From contig DASSUO010000099.1 of assembly GCA_035706925.1 (NCBI GenBank), forward strand, positions 1 to 55,292: a stretch of 55,292 bases of DNA, read 5' to 3'. Position numbers and translations under genes: made by a program. The DNA is from Moraxellaceae bacterium (GTDB taxonomy: Bacteria > Pseudomonadota > Gammaproteobacteria > Pseudomonadales > Moraxellaceae). Below are positions 10,881 to 20,705 of the stretch, one piece after another. Every line of letters begins with the position of its first letter. The first letter of the stretch is position 1. The notes under the pieces are model-generated. The model was not told where the DNA came from. It saw only the letters and a program-made list of their open reading frames with translations, and ran no database searches.

Positions 10881-13800
10881 ATGAGTGACAATCACAGCTT
10901 CCTGGCGCTGGACTGGGTCAAGGGCGAAATCGAGGAAACGCTGAAGCAGGCGCGTCAGGCGCTGGAAGCCTTCGTGGAGAATCCCGAAGACAGCGCGCAG
11001 ATGCGCTTCTGTCTCGCCTACCTGCACCAGGTGCATGGCACGTTGCAGATCGTCGAGTTCTATGGCGCGGCCCTGCTCGCCGAGGAAATGGAAAAGCTGT
11101 GCCTGGCGCTGACCAATGGGCAGGTCGCCCGTGTCGCCGACGGCCAGGAAGTCCTGATGCGGGCAATCCTGCAATTGCCGCCGTACCTGGAGCGTGTAAA
11201 GGCATCGCGTCGTGATCTGCCGGTCGTGCTGCTGCCCCTTCTCAATGATTTGCGCGCTGTTCGCGGGGAACCCCTGCTGTCCGAGACGGCGCTGTTCACG
11301 CCGGATCTTGGTGCCGGCGAACGGGCGCCCATTCAGGTCAGTCCCGCGGCCGCCACCGGCATCGATCCGGTCATGCTCAAGAAGGTCCGACAGGTCTATC
11401 AGCTCGCGCTGGTGGGCTTCATTCGCAATGATGCGGTGGCCGACAACCTCAAGAAGATGATGCAGGTGTTCGTGCGCCTGGAATCGCTGTCCGGTGCGTC
11501 GCCCATTCGTGAGTTGTGGCAAGTGGCCGCCGCGATTGTCGAAGGACTGCAAGAGCGCTCCATCGAGGCCGGTACAGCGGTAAAGATGTTGCTCGGTCAC
11601 GTCGACCGGCAGTTGCGCGAGATCGGTGATGAACCGGGCAAGCGCGCGCCGACGGAGCTGATGAAGAATCTACTTTACTACGTGGCGCGCTCCACGGGTG
11701 AAACGACTCGTCTCAAGAGCGTCAAGGATCTTTACCGCCTGCAGGAGGCCCTGCCGGGCGAGGCGCTGGTCAACGAAGAGCGTGCGCGCATGCACGGCCC
11801 GGATCGCGAGGCGATGAAGTCGGTCGTGGACGCGCTTTGCGAGGAGTTGGGTCGCGTCAAGGATGCGCTAGACCTCTTTGTTCGCAAGAGCGATGCGGAC
11901 AAGAACATTGCCGACCTTACCGCACAAGTGCCCGTGCTCAAGCAGGTGGCCGATACGGTCGCCGTGCTGGGGTTGGGCCAGCCGCGGCGCATTCTCCAGG
12001 AACAGATCGACGCCATCGATCGCATCGGCACGTCCGGAATGTTGCCGCAGGACGGCACCCTTCTCGATATCGCCGGTGCCCTGCTGTATGTCGAAGCGAC
12101 ACTCATGGGCATGATCGCCGAGAAACCCATGGGCGGTGGTGCGAAGGGGCCCGCTGCCGAATTCTCTGCCTCGGAACAGCTGCTTGATGCGCAGGCGGCC
12201 GTGCTGCGCGAATCGCGCAGTGCGCTGGAAAAGGCCAAGGATGCAGTCATCGAGTACATCGCGTCGCAGTGGAATCCGACGCATCTGCAGAGCATTCCCG
12301 AACTGATCGAGAGTGTGCGCGGCAGCCTGGTCATGCTGATGCTGCCGCGTCCTGCTGGCGTACTGGCCAGTGCCGCGCGCTATGTCGGCGAACGTCTGCT
12401 GGCTGGAGAGCATCGCCCCGACTGGCAGGAAATGGACACGCTGGCCGACGTCATCACGTCGGTCGAGTATTACCTGGAGCGCATCGCCAACGATGCGCAG
12501 GGCGGCGAACACATTCTCGACATTGCCGAACGTGGGCTCGGCAAGCTTGGGTACGGGCCGGGTGCCGCGGCGCCTGAGGCGGCGGTGCCGGTGGCCGAAG
12601 CGGCAGCTCCGGTGGCGGCGGTTGAATCCGTGTCCGGCGGTGAGTGGCAGGTGGCCGATGTCGCGGCAATCGAGGCCGAAATGGCGGAGGCGGTCAAGCC
12701 GCCTGCGCTTGAGGTGCCGGTGGAACGCGAAGAGCACGAGGTGATTGTGCCGGAGGCTGCCGAGGCGCTGGCTCCCCTTTCCGCGAAGGCGGTCGAAGGC
12801 GCTGACGAACTGAAGGACATGCAGGAGCGTCTGCATGTGGGCGACTTCGGCGAATTCGAACTCGATGAAGACGCGACGCTGGTCACCAGTGATCTGGAAG
12901 ACGTGGCGCCCGCGCCGGCAGCGGATGACGGGCTCGCCGCGCTGGAGGCCGAGCTGGGCTTCGGCTCGGGTCTCGAGGAGGGAGCGGAAGCGCTGACGGA
13001 GAAGCTGCCGGCACTGGAGCACGAAGAGTTCCCCTCGCTCGAGGCGGCGGATGAGTTCCCGTCGCTCGATGAGGCGTTCGAGGTCGAGACCTTCGGGATG
13101 CCGGAGGCCTCTGCGGTTCCGGCCGAGGCGCCGCATGCCGCGCTCGAAGAAAATGTATTCGCGGAACTGGAGGCGGAGTTCGGCCTCGAGGATGTTCCGT
13201 CGCTGGAGGCGCTGGCGGAGGAATCGCCCGTTCCCGCCGCAGAACCGGTTGTTTCCCGGCCGGCCGAAGTGCCACCGGCAATTGAGGCCGCCGTCCCGCA
13301 TGAAGTGGCGGAAGCGCCGGTCACGATCCACGCGCCCGCTCCCGCGGCGGAGCCTGCGCCTGCGGCACCTCCGGCTGCTGCACCATCTGCTGCGGTGGCG
13401 GCTGCAGCCGCCGCGACGGAACCGCCCAAGAAGCCCATCCTGCCGGTGTTGACGAACATGCCGGTGGACGACTTCGACTTCGATGAAGAAATCCGCGAAA
13501 TCTTCGTGGAAGAAGCCGAAGAGGTGATGCAGAACATCAATGAGTATTTCCCCAAGTGGGCGGCCCACTTCGAAGACACCGAGTCGCTGCTGGAGTTTCG
13601 TCGCGGATTCCACACGCTGAAGGGCTCGGGTCGCATGGTTGGCGCCAAGGTCGTTGGCGAACTGGCCTGGGCCTTCGAGAACATGCTGAACAAGGTGCGC
13701 GACAAGGTGCTCCTGCCGGACCAGGTCATGGTCAACTTGATTTCCGAAGTACTGGCCGTGATTCCCGGGCTGGTAGAGGATTTCTGGAACAAGAGTTTGC

Positions 13801-16800
13801 CGCGGATCAATACCAGTGCGCTGATGGCGGCGGCGGAAGCGATTTCGCGCGGTGAAAAGCTCAATGCCATGGATGTGGCCCGTGCAGCGGAACAGGCACA
13901 GGGCGTGGTGGAGGCCGAAGAAGCGGGCGCGGCCGGTGAAGGAAGCCATGATGACTTTGATGCGCTGGCGGCCAGTCTGGCCCCGGCGGCTACCCCCCCT
14001 TTCGCGGAACCGGCGGCGACTGAAGTAGTACCCGAAGCGCCGGCCGGTGATGTATCCGTGGGTCAGTTCGCCGAAACCGGCATGCCGGCATTTGGCGGCG
14101 ACGATGCCATCCTGGCGGAACTGGCGGGTGATCAGCCTGCGACGTTTGAAGCAGAAGCGACGACTGAAAATCCGTTTGCCGGCCTGGACGACGAGTGGGC
14201 ATCGCTGGAGTTGGAAGCGGCTGCAACAGCACCAGAGTCGCGCGAGGAAATCATGTCGACCGGGCCGGCAGCGGATTTCACATTCGAGGAGCTGGAGGCA
14301 GAGGCCTCGCTCGGCACGGCACCGGACGATCTTGCACGCGAAGACCTGTCCATGGTCGAGGGCGTGGAAGGCACGCCTGTCGTGACGACCTCGGAAGGGA
14401 TCGAACCGGAAACCCTGACGTTCGCAGACGAGGAACTGGTCGCCGATGAGGCGCCGACGGCGGCCGAGCCGGAAATCGACCCCATGCTGCTGGAGATCTT
14501 CAGTGGCGAGGCAGAAATGCATCTGGAGTCGTTGCGTGCCTATCTCGACGGCATCGACCCCGATCGCAACCAGATTCCGATTCCTGACGAAGTGCTGCGG
14601 TCGCTGCATACCTTGAAAGGCTCTGCCGGCATGGCGGGGATTGCCCCGGTAGCCGCGATTGCAGCCCCGCTGGAGCATCTCTTCAAGGACCTGCGTAATC
14701 AGGTTGGCCACGCACGACGCGAGCACCTGGGCGTCCTGCGGGATGGCCATGCCATGATCAGCGGATGCATCGCGAGCCTGAACAAGGGCGAAAGCATGCA
14801 TACGGCAGGCGCCGACGCGCTGATTGCCCGTATCCGCCAGCTGGACCAGGAGCGCCTGGCGCATCTCGAGCGTGAACAAGCCGAGCGGCTCGACATCGAC
14901 ACCTCTGCGCTGACGGCGGCCACGGCCGGCCTGGTGGCCAGCTTCATGGAGCTGGGCATTGACCATGTACTCGATGCCCCGTGGGAGCTGGAAGGCTGGT
15001 TGCATGGTGCCGAAGCGCCGCATCACATGGCGGTGCTGCAGGACGAACTGTCACGCCTGCAGCATGCGGCCAGCCAGAAGGATGTCGATCCGCTGGCGCG
15101 ACTGTGCGAGCGGATGGCCGCTGTCTACGCGCGACTGGTGGCGCACACCCTGATGCCGGAAGGCGAGGTCATGAATGACCTTGCGTCGGCGCATGAAGAA
15201 ATCGTCAACATTTTTGACACGCTGGCAGCCAGTCAGACGGTTGGGGCCAATGACGCACTGCTCACACGTCTGCTTGACCTGATCGAAACCCCTGAGCCGT
15301 CCGCTCTCCCGGTGCCGCCACTCAGCGATGAGCCGGCCGTGGTGGCGTTCCAGCCCGAAGAGCAGCCCAGTCTGGGCGAACTCGTCACTGCCGGTGATCA
15401 GGCCGGCTGGCAGGAACCAGCGGTGCTGGTTGCCCAGGAAAATGTCGACCCCGAGCTGCTCGAGATTTTCCTGGAAGAAGCCGATGAAGTGCTGGAGGCG
15501 GCGCAGGAAGAGCTGGACAGCTGGCGTCGTGACCATGGCAACACGCCGGCGCTGGCGGCCCTGCAGCGTCATCTGCATACGTTGAAGGGCGGCGCGCGGC
15601 TGGCCGAGATCCGTACGCTCGGTGATCTCGCGCATGAGCTCGAATTCCTGTACGAAGGACTGGTTGATGGTCGCTATCCTGCAGCCGCCGATCTCGTCGA
15701 CCTGCTGCAGCGCTGCCACGATCGCCTGGCCGACATGGTGGCCGAGCTGCGTACCACGGGTCGCTGTCCGTCGGGCATCGATCTGGTCAATGCCATTAAC
15801 GCCTATCGCCGTGACCCTGGTGCCGGTGTGCATCTGGGCGGCGAAATCGCGATTGAGCCGGCCGCCGCAGCCGCTCCGGCCCCGGCCATTGAGGCGCCGG
15901 CGGAGGCTGAAGTGCTGCCGGCCGGAATTCATGAAGCAGTGCCCGAAGTGGCCCCTGCACATGACGTGGCGGCGACACCGTCCGGGGACATCGCAATACC
16001 CGTTTCGCCGGCCGCGGAACAGCAGGTTGCCGGGACGTCTGGCGCCAGTGACAACGATGCACTGTTCGCCGAGTTTTTCCCGCAGGCCGCCGCTCCTGCA
16101 CCTTCCGTGGCACCGGCCGTTGAGGAACCGCCTGCAGTGGCGGCAATGGTCCCGGCTCCCCTGGCTGCGCAGGCCGGCGCAGCAGCCCAAGACTTTGATC
16201 CGGAGTTGCTCGAGATCTTTCTCGAGGAGGCCGGAGAAATTGTCGATGCCACCAGCGAGCAGCTGGCCGAGTGGAAGCGGGATCCCAACAATACCCTTCC
16301 CGTGCAGCAGCTCCAGCGCGGCTTGCACACGCTGAAGGGCGGCGCCCGCATGGCGGAAATCCGCCCGCTTGGCGACCTCGCGCATGAGCTGGAGACGCTG
16401 TACGAGCGCGTCTGCGACGGTCTGATGACGCCGACGCCGGTTCTCTTTACGCTGCTGAACCGCTGCCACGACCGGCTGGCCGAGTCGGTCGACATGCTGC
16501 GAACCAGCAATACCTGTCCTGACTCCGATGACCTCGTGGCGCAGATTCATGCCTATGCAGCCGATCCGGAACATTTCCAGGACGTGCCGACGGCCGTGAC
16601 ACTGAAGCCTGTGGCGCCGGCCGTCGTTGAGGAAGAGGCGCCTGCCGCGCCGGTCGAGATGCCGCCGCCGCGCGCCATCGAGGCGGCGCCCGTGCCGGAG
16701 CATGTGGACGCCGACATCCTCGAAATCTTCGTCGAAGAGTCGGAAGAGCTTGCCGAGGGGATCGAGTCCTCCTTGAACGAGTGGCTGGAAAACCGCGACG

Positions 16801-19091
16801 CCACCGCGCCGATGGAAGCGCTGCTGCGGCACCTGCACACCCTGAAGGGCGGTGCCCGTCTGGCCGGACTCAAGGCCCTGGGTGATCTCGCGCACGACTG
16901 GGAAACCGATCTGGTCGGTATCCAGAGTGGTGCGAAGAAGGCAGACGATGCCTTCTTCAATGGCGTGAATGCGCGGCTGGAGGCCGTGTTGGCCGGGATC
17001 AAGGCCGTGCGTGTCCAGGCACAAAGCCTGGCGCCTGCTGCTGCGCCGGCTCCCGAAGCACAAGCGGTGGCGCCGGTGGAAATGCCGGCCGAAACGGTCG
17101 CCCCGGTGGCGCCCGTCGTCGAGCCGGCAGGGGCGCTTCCTGCCGTGGCGGCGCCCGCAATGGCGGCTGCCGCTGTGCCGGTGGCCCGCAGTGCGACGCC
17201 TCCGTCCATGCTGGGCGGATTCAAGAAGGGGGCGGCGGCAGCCGGTCCGCAGGAAATGATCCGCGTGCCCTCCGACCTGCTGGAAAAATTGCTGAACCTC
17301 GCCGGTGAAACGTCGATCACGCGCTCGCGCGTGGAGATGGGCGTACACGGCTTCGCCCAGACGGTGGAAGAAATGGGTTCCACCATTCAGCGTCTGGCCG
17401 ACCAGCTGCGCCGCATGGACTCGGAAATGGAAACGCAGATCGTCGCGCGCCATAACGAGGAAACCGGCGGCAAGTACGAAGATTTCGACCCGCTGGAAAT
17501 GGACCAGTACTCGTCACTGAACCAGCTTTCCAAGGCGCTCGCCGAATCCGCCTCCGACTTGCTCGACCTGAAGTCGACGCTGATCGACAAGGCGCGCGAT
17601 ACGGAAACGCTGCTGTTGCAGCAGGCGCGCATCAATACCGAACTGCAGGAAGGCCTGATGCGTTCCCGCATGGTGCCGTTCTCGCGCCTGGTGCCACGTC
17701 TCAAGCGCATCGTGCGCCAGACCGGTCAGGAAGTGGGCAAGCCCGCGGATCTGGACGTCATCAATCCCGAAGGCGAAATGGACCGCACGTTGCTCGAACG
17801 CATCGTCGCGCCGCTGGAGCACATGCTTCGCAACGCCGTTGACCACGGTCTCGAAGACGCGGCCGGGCGCGCGGCAGCGGGCAAGCCGGCGCAAGGCCGT
17901 GTCACCCTGACGCTGGCCCGCGAAGGTGGCGAAGTGGTGCTGACGCTGGCTGACGACGGTCGTGGCATCAACATTGCGGCCGTACGGAAAAAGGCGCTGG
18001 AGCGCGGGCTCATCACTGAAGGTCAGGACATTGCCGATCAGGATGTCATCCAGTTCATTTTCCACGCCGGTTTCTCGACCGCGGCCAAAGTGACGCAGGT
18101 GTCCGGTCGTGGTGTGGGCATGGACGTAGTGCAGTCCGAAATCAAGCAAATGGGCGGCGTGATTGCCATCCACTCGGCGGCGGGCCAGGGCACCACGTTC
18201 GTGATCCGCCTGCCGTTCACCGTGGCGGTAAACCGCGCCCTGATGGTTCGCATCGGCGAGGACAGCTATGCGATTCCGCTGGCGCAGATCGAAGGTATCG
18301 TGCGCGCCAGCCCCTACGAGCTGGATACCTACTACGGTCCCGATGCGCCGCTCTTCGAATACGCCGGTGTGACCTACAAACTCTCCTATCTCGGTGAGTT
18401 CGTCCATGGCGTGAAGTCACCCAATCTGGTCGGTCAGACCATGCCGCTCCCGGTGTTGCTCATCCGCGGTGGCGAGCAGCGTGTGGCGATCCAGGTTGAC
18501 CAGCTCATTGGCTCCCGTGAAATCGTCGTGAAGTCGGTGGGATCGCAGTTGGCGACGGTTGCCGGCATTTCCGGCGCCACCATCCTTGGTGACGGCTCCG
18601 TGGTCATCATCCTTGACGTGACCGCGATGCTGCGCGCCGCCGCGGTGGTGCAGCCGCTCATCTTCATCGGTGGCGGAGCTGAAGCCGCGCTGCCGGTGCC
18701 CGAGGCGAAGCGGACGCGCCAGGTCATGGTGGTCGACGACTCGGTGACGGTGCGCAAGGTGACGTCGCGCCTGCTCGAGCGCCATGGCTACGAAGTGCTG
18801 CTCGCAAAGGACGGCATGGATGCCATTGCCAAGCTCGAGGATGCGCGTCCGGACGTCATGCTGCTCGACATTGAAATGCCGCGCATGGACGGTTTCGAAG
18901 TGGCGACGCTGGTACGCCACAACCCCAATCTGGAAAACCTGCCTATCATCATGATCACGTCACGTACTGGCGAAAAGCATCGCGAGCGTGCGTTCCAGAT
19001 CGGCGTAAACTGCTATATGGGCAAGCCCTTCCAGGAAGAGCAACTGTTGGAAACCATTGCCGAGCTGCTGGCAGCGTCGACGGTGAAGTGA
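10881..19091 (+). CDS. chpA: ChpA hybrid histidine kinase (multi-Hpt CheA homolog)
   Basis: 2736 aa. Five canonical Hpt motifs H[TS]LKG, with His codons at 13611, 14607, 15576, 16326 and 16836. CheA-type kinase core (LEHMLRNAVDHGLE, DDGRGI, GRGVGMDVV), a CheW-like domain and a C-terminal receiver (VMVVDDS...LLDIEMPRMDG...KPF). An in-frame stop at 10866-10868 fixes the start. Confidence 0.95.
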   Translation: MSDNHSFLALDWVKGEIEETLKQARQALEAFVENPEDSAQMRFCLAYLHQVHGTLQIVEFYGAALLAEEMEKLCLALTNGQVARVADGQEVLMRAILQLPPYLERVKASRRDLPVVLLPLLNDLRAVRGEPLLSETALFTPDLGAGERAPIQVSPAAATGIDPVMLKKVRQVYQLALVGFIRNDAVADNLKKMMQVFVRLESLSGASPIRELWQVAAAIVEGLQERSIEAGTAVKMLLGHVDRQLREIGDEPGKRAPTELMKNLLYYVARSTGETTRLKSVKDLYRLQEALPGEALVNEERARMHGPDREAMKSVVDALCEELGRVKDALDLFVRKSDADKNIADLTAQVPVLKQVADTVAVLGLGQPRRILQEQIDAIDRIGTSGMLPQDGTLLDIAGALLYVEATLMGMIAEKPMGGGAKGPAAEFSASEQLLDAQAAVLRESRSALEKAKDAVIEYIASQWNPTHLQSIPELIESVRGSLVMLMLPRPAGVLASAARYVGERLLAGEHRPDWQEMDTLADVITSVEYYLERIANDAQGGEHILDIAERGLGKLGYGPGAAAPEAAVPVAEAAAPVAAVESVSGGEWQVADVAAIEAEMAEAVKPPALEVPVEREEHEVIVPEAAEALAPLSAKAVEGADELKDMQERLHVGDFGEFELDEDATLVTSDLEDVAPAPAADDGLAALEAELGFGSGLEEGAEALTEKLPALEHEEFPSLEAADEFPSLDEAFEVETFGMPEASAVPAEAPHAALEENVFAELEAEFGLEDVPSLEALAEESPVPAAEPVVSRPAEVPPAIEAAVPHEVAEAPVTIHAPAPAAEPAPAAPPAAAPSAAVAAAAAATEPPKKPILPVLTNMPVDDFDFDEEIREIFVEEAEEVMQNINEYFPKWAAHFEDTESLLEFRRGFHTLKGSGRMVGAKVVGELAWAFENMLNKVRDKVLLPDQVMVNLISEVLAVIPGLVEDFWNKSLPRINTSALMAAAEAISRGEKLNAMDVARAAEQAQGVVEAEEAGAAGEGSHDDFDALAASLAPAATPPFAEPAATEVVPEAPAGDVSVGQFAETGMPAFGGDDAILAELAGDQPATFEAEATTENPFAGLDDEWASLELEAAATAPESREEIMSTGPAADFTFEELEAEASLGTAPDDLAREDLSMVEGVEGTPVVTTSEGIEPETLTFADEELVADEAPTAAEPEIDPMLLEIFSGEAEMHLESLRAYLDGIDPDRNQIPIPDEVLRSLHTLKGSAGMAGIAPVAAIAAPLEHLFKDLRNQVGHARREHLGVLRDGHAMISGCIASLNKGESMHTAGADALIARIRQLDQERLAHLEREQAERLDIDTSALTAATAGLVASFMELGIDHVLDAPWELEGWLHGAEAPHHMAVLQDELSRLQHAASQKDVDPLARLCERMAAVYARLVAHTLMPEGEVMNDLASAHEEIVNIFDTLAASQTVGANDALLTRLLDLIETPEPSALPVPPLSDEPAVVAFQPEEQPSLGELVTAGDQAGWQEPAVLVAQENVDPELLEIFLEEADEVLEAAQEELDSWRRDHGNTPALAALQRHLHTLKGGARLAEIRTLGDLAHELEFLYEGLVDGRYPAAADLVDLLQRCHDRLADMVAELRTTGRCPSGIDLVNAINAYRRDPGAGVHLGGEIAIEPAAAAAPAPAIEAPAEAEVLPAGIHEAVPEVAPAHDVAATPSGDIAIPVSPAAEQQVAGTSGASDNDALFAEFFPQAAAPAPSVAPAVEEPPAVAAMVPAPLAAQAGAAAQDFDPELLEIFLEEAGEIVDATSEQLAEWKRDPNNTLPVQQLQRGLHTLKGGARMAEIRPLGDLAHELETLYERVCDGLMTPTPVLFTLLNRCHDRLAESVDMLRTSNTCPDSDDLVAQIHAYAADPEHFQDVPTAVTLKPVAPAVVEEEAPAAPVEMPPPRAIEAAPVPEHVDADILEIFVEESEELAEGIESSLNEWLENRDATAPMEALLRHLHTLKGGARLAGLKALGDLAHDWETDLVGIQSGAKKADDAFFNGVNARLEAVLAGIKAVRVQAQSLAPAAAPAPEAQAVAPVEMPAETVAPVAPVVEPAGALPAVAAPAMAAAAVPVARSATPPSMLGGFKKGAAAAGPQEMIRVPSDLLEKLLNLAGETSITRSRVEMGVHGFAQTVEEMGSTIQRLADQLRRMDSEMETQIVARHNEETGGKYEDFDPLEMDQYSSLNQLSKALAESASDLLDLKSTLIDKARDTETLLLQQARINTELQEGLMRSRMVPFSRLVPRLKRIVRQTGQEVGKPADLDVINPEGEMDRTLLERIVAPLEHMLRNAVDHGLEDAAGRAAAGKPAQGRVTLTLAREGGEVVLTLADDGRGINIAAVRKKALERGLITEGQDIADQDVIQFIFHAGFSTAAKVTQVSGRGVGMDVVQSEIKQMGGVIAIHSAAGQGTTFVIRLPFTVAVNRALMVRIGEDSYAIPLAQIEGIVRASPYELDTYYGPDAPLFEYAGVTYKLSYLGEFVHGVKSPNLVGQTMPLPVLLIRGGEQRVAIQVDQLIGSREIVVKSVGSQLATVAGISGATILGDGSVVIILDVTAMLRAAAVVQPLIFIGGGAEAALPVPEAKRTRQVMVVDDSVTVRKVTSRLLERHGYEVLLAKDGMDAIAKLEDARPDVMLLDIEMPRMDGFEVATLVRHNPNLENLPIIMITSRTGEKHRERAFQIGVNCYMGKPFQEEQLLETIAELLAASTVK

Positions 19092-19100
19092 GGATACGGC

Positions 19101-20114
19101 ATGGATGAGCGTCGCAATCCGCGCGTCGGTGTAGTAAGCGACTCCAATCTGCAACGTCTGGCACTGGCTCAGGCGGTGAAAGGGCACGGCTATGAGCTGT
19201 GCTTCAACACGTCACCCGACAAGCTCGACGAGTCGGCGCTTGACAGCGCCGAGCTCGACGTCTGGGTGGTCGACATGCAGGATGAGGACGACGAGTTCCT
19301 TGACCGGCTGCTGGATCATTCGGCGGCGCCCATCCTGTTCGGTCTTGAACAGGCACCGGTTCAGGGAACGCGCGACTATCCGCGCTGGGAGCGGCGCGTC
19401 TTCGTGAAGCTGAAGGAGACCGTTGGCGAACCGGTGGCTGACGAGTCGCTCGACGGCCTTGAGCAGGCGGCACCGATTGCAGCCCAGGTGGTGGAGTTGC
19501 CGCCTGAATTGTCCGCCCACCACGCCGACGGGCTGGAGCTCGTGGTGGTGTTGGCGGCATCGCTTGGCGGACCGGCCGCGGTAAAGGAGTTTCTCGACAG
19601 CTTGCCGAAAGGTTTGCCGGTGGCATTCGTACTGGCGCAGCATATCGATGTCCGCATGCAGCAAACGCTTACGCGCGTACTGGTGCGGCACAACGGCATG
19701 CCCTGCAAGGTCGCCGAGGCGGGTGACCACCTGCGGCACGGCGAATTGCTGATCGCGCCGGTTGAAAGCGAGATTGATTTTGATGAAACCGGTGGCGTCA
19801 TCGTGCGCGGAATGGAGTGGGACGGCCCTTATTCGCCCTCGATCGACCAGATGATCGCCAATGTGACGCGACGCTTTGGCAATCGTGCCGGTGCGCTCAT
19901 CTTCAGCGGCATGGGCGGCGACGGTTCCATATCCGGTCCGCAGCTTGTGGAGGCGGGTGGCTTCATCTGGGGCCAGACCGCCGAAACCTGTGCCTGTTCC
20001 AGCCAGCCGGACTCCATGCGTGCCACCGGTGTGGTGACTTTCAACGGGTCGCCTGCCGAGCTGGCGGCCCACCTTGTTGAACATGTACGCAGCCGCGTTT
20101 CCGCGGCCGCCTGA
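19101..20114 (+). CDS. chpB: CheB-type methylesterase ChpB
   Basis: N-terminal receiver-like domain plus a C-terminal CheB esterase domain (VVLAASLGGPAAVKEFL, FSGMGGDG). GAGGA ribosome-binding site. Confidence 0.88.
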   Translation: MDERRNPRVGVVSDSNLQRLALAQAVKGHGYELCFNTSPDKLDESALDSAELDVWVVDMQDEDDEFLDRLLDHSAAPILFGLEQAPVQGTRDYPRWERRVFVKLKETVGEPVADESLDGLEQAAPIAAQVVELPPELSAHHADGLELVVVLAASLGGPAAVKEFLDSLPKGLPVAFVLAQHIDVRMQQTLTRVLVRHNGMPCKVAEAGDHLRHGELLIAPVESEIDFDETGGVIVRGMEWDGPYSPSIDQMIANVTRRFGNRAGALIFSGMGGDGSISGPQLVEAGGFIWGQTAETCACSSQPDSMRATGVVTFNGSPAELAAHLVEHVRSRVSAAA

Positions 20115-20127
20115 GACCCATTCCGAC

Positions 20128-20613
20128 ATGGCCACAACCCAGCTCACGCTTAACCAGACTACGCTGCTTGGCGCGACGACAGGCACCATTTCCTGCCTGC
20201 TCACGCCGGTTACCGGCAAGCAGCTTTTGTTGCCCAATGTCACCGTCGCCGAAGTAGTCGCCGCCACCGAACTTCAGCCGCCTCCGGCCGGCGCGCCAGA
20301 CTGGCATCGGGGTTTCCTGATGTGGAAGGATCAGGCCATTCCGGTGGTGGCATTCGAAACGTTGAACGGGGAGGGTGCTCCGCGCGAAGTCGAGCGCGTT
20401 GCCATCCTGTCCGGCATACGAACCCAGCGTGAGTTGCCGTACTACGGCCTTGTCGTGCAGGGCATTCCCGGATCGGCCCGGGTAAAGATTGCCCAGCTGG
20501 AAGATCTCGAAGGCGCGCCGACCGGCCCCATGGAATTCCTCAAAGTGCGCTATCTGGGTGAGCTGGCCGTCATTCCGGATCTCGATGCACTGGAATCGGC
20601 AATACTGGGCTGA
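20128..20613 (+). CDS. chpC: CheW-like protein ChpC
   Basis: CheW-domain protein directly after chpB. Start placed at ATG 20128, downstream of the chpB stop. Confidence 0.75.
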   Translation: MATTQLTLNQTTLLGATTGTISCLLTPVTGKQLLLPNVTVAEVVAATELQPPPAGAPDWHRGFLMWKDQAIPVVAFETLNGEGAPREVERVAILSGIRTQRELPYYGLVVQGIPGSARVKIAQLEDLEGAPTGPMEFLKVRYLGELAVIPDLDALESAILG

Positions 20614-20705
20614 TCTGCGGTCTTTAAGGCCGGCATGTCACGACCCGGAAGCCACGTGTCAGCCGCGTGCCAGAATAGGGATATCGACGCTGGGAGAGTG
20701 ACGCC

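Noticed and set aside
13480-16950. Periodically recurring similar DNA segments, checked as a possible CRISPR or tandem repeat array.
   Set aside because: The units are the coding sequences of Hpt domains. They are 500-1000 nt apart, diverged and in frame within chpA. They are not short identical direct repeats with spacers.
11868-17453. Two long minus-strand ORFs (1052 aa and 800 aa) inside chpA.
   Set aside because: They are antisense shadows of chpA, low-complexity and Arg/Gly-rich, with no start-site signals. The plus-strand reading is validated by the Hpt, kinase, CheW and receiver motifs.
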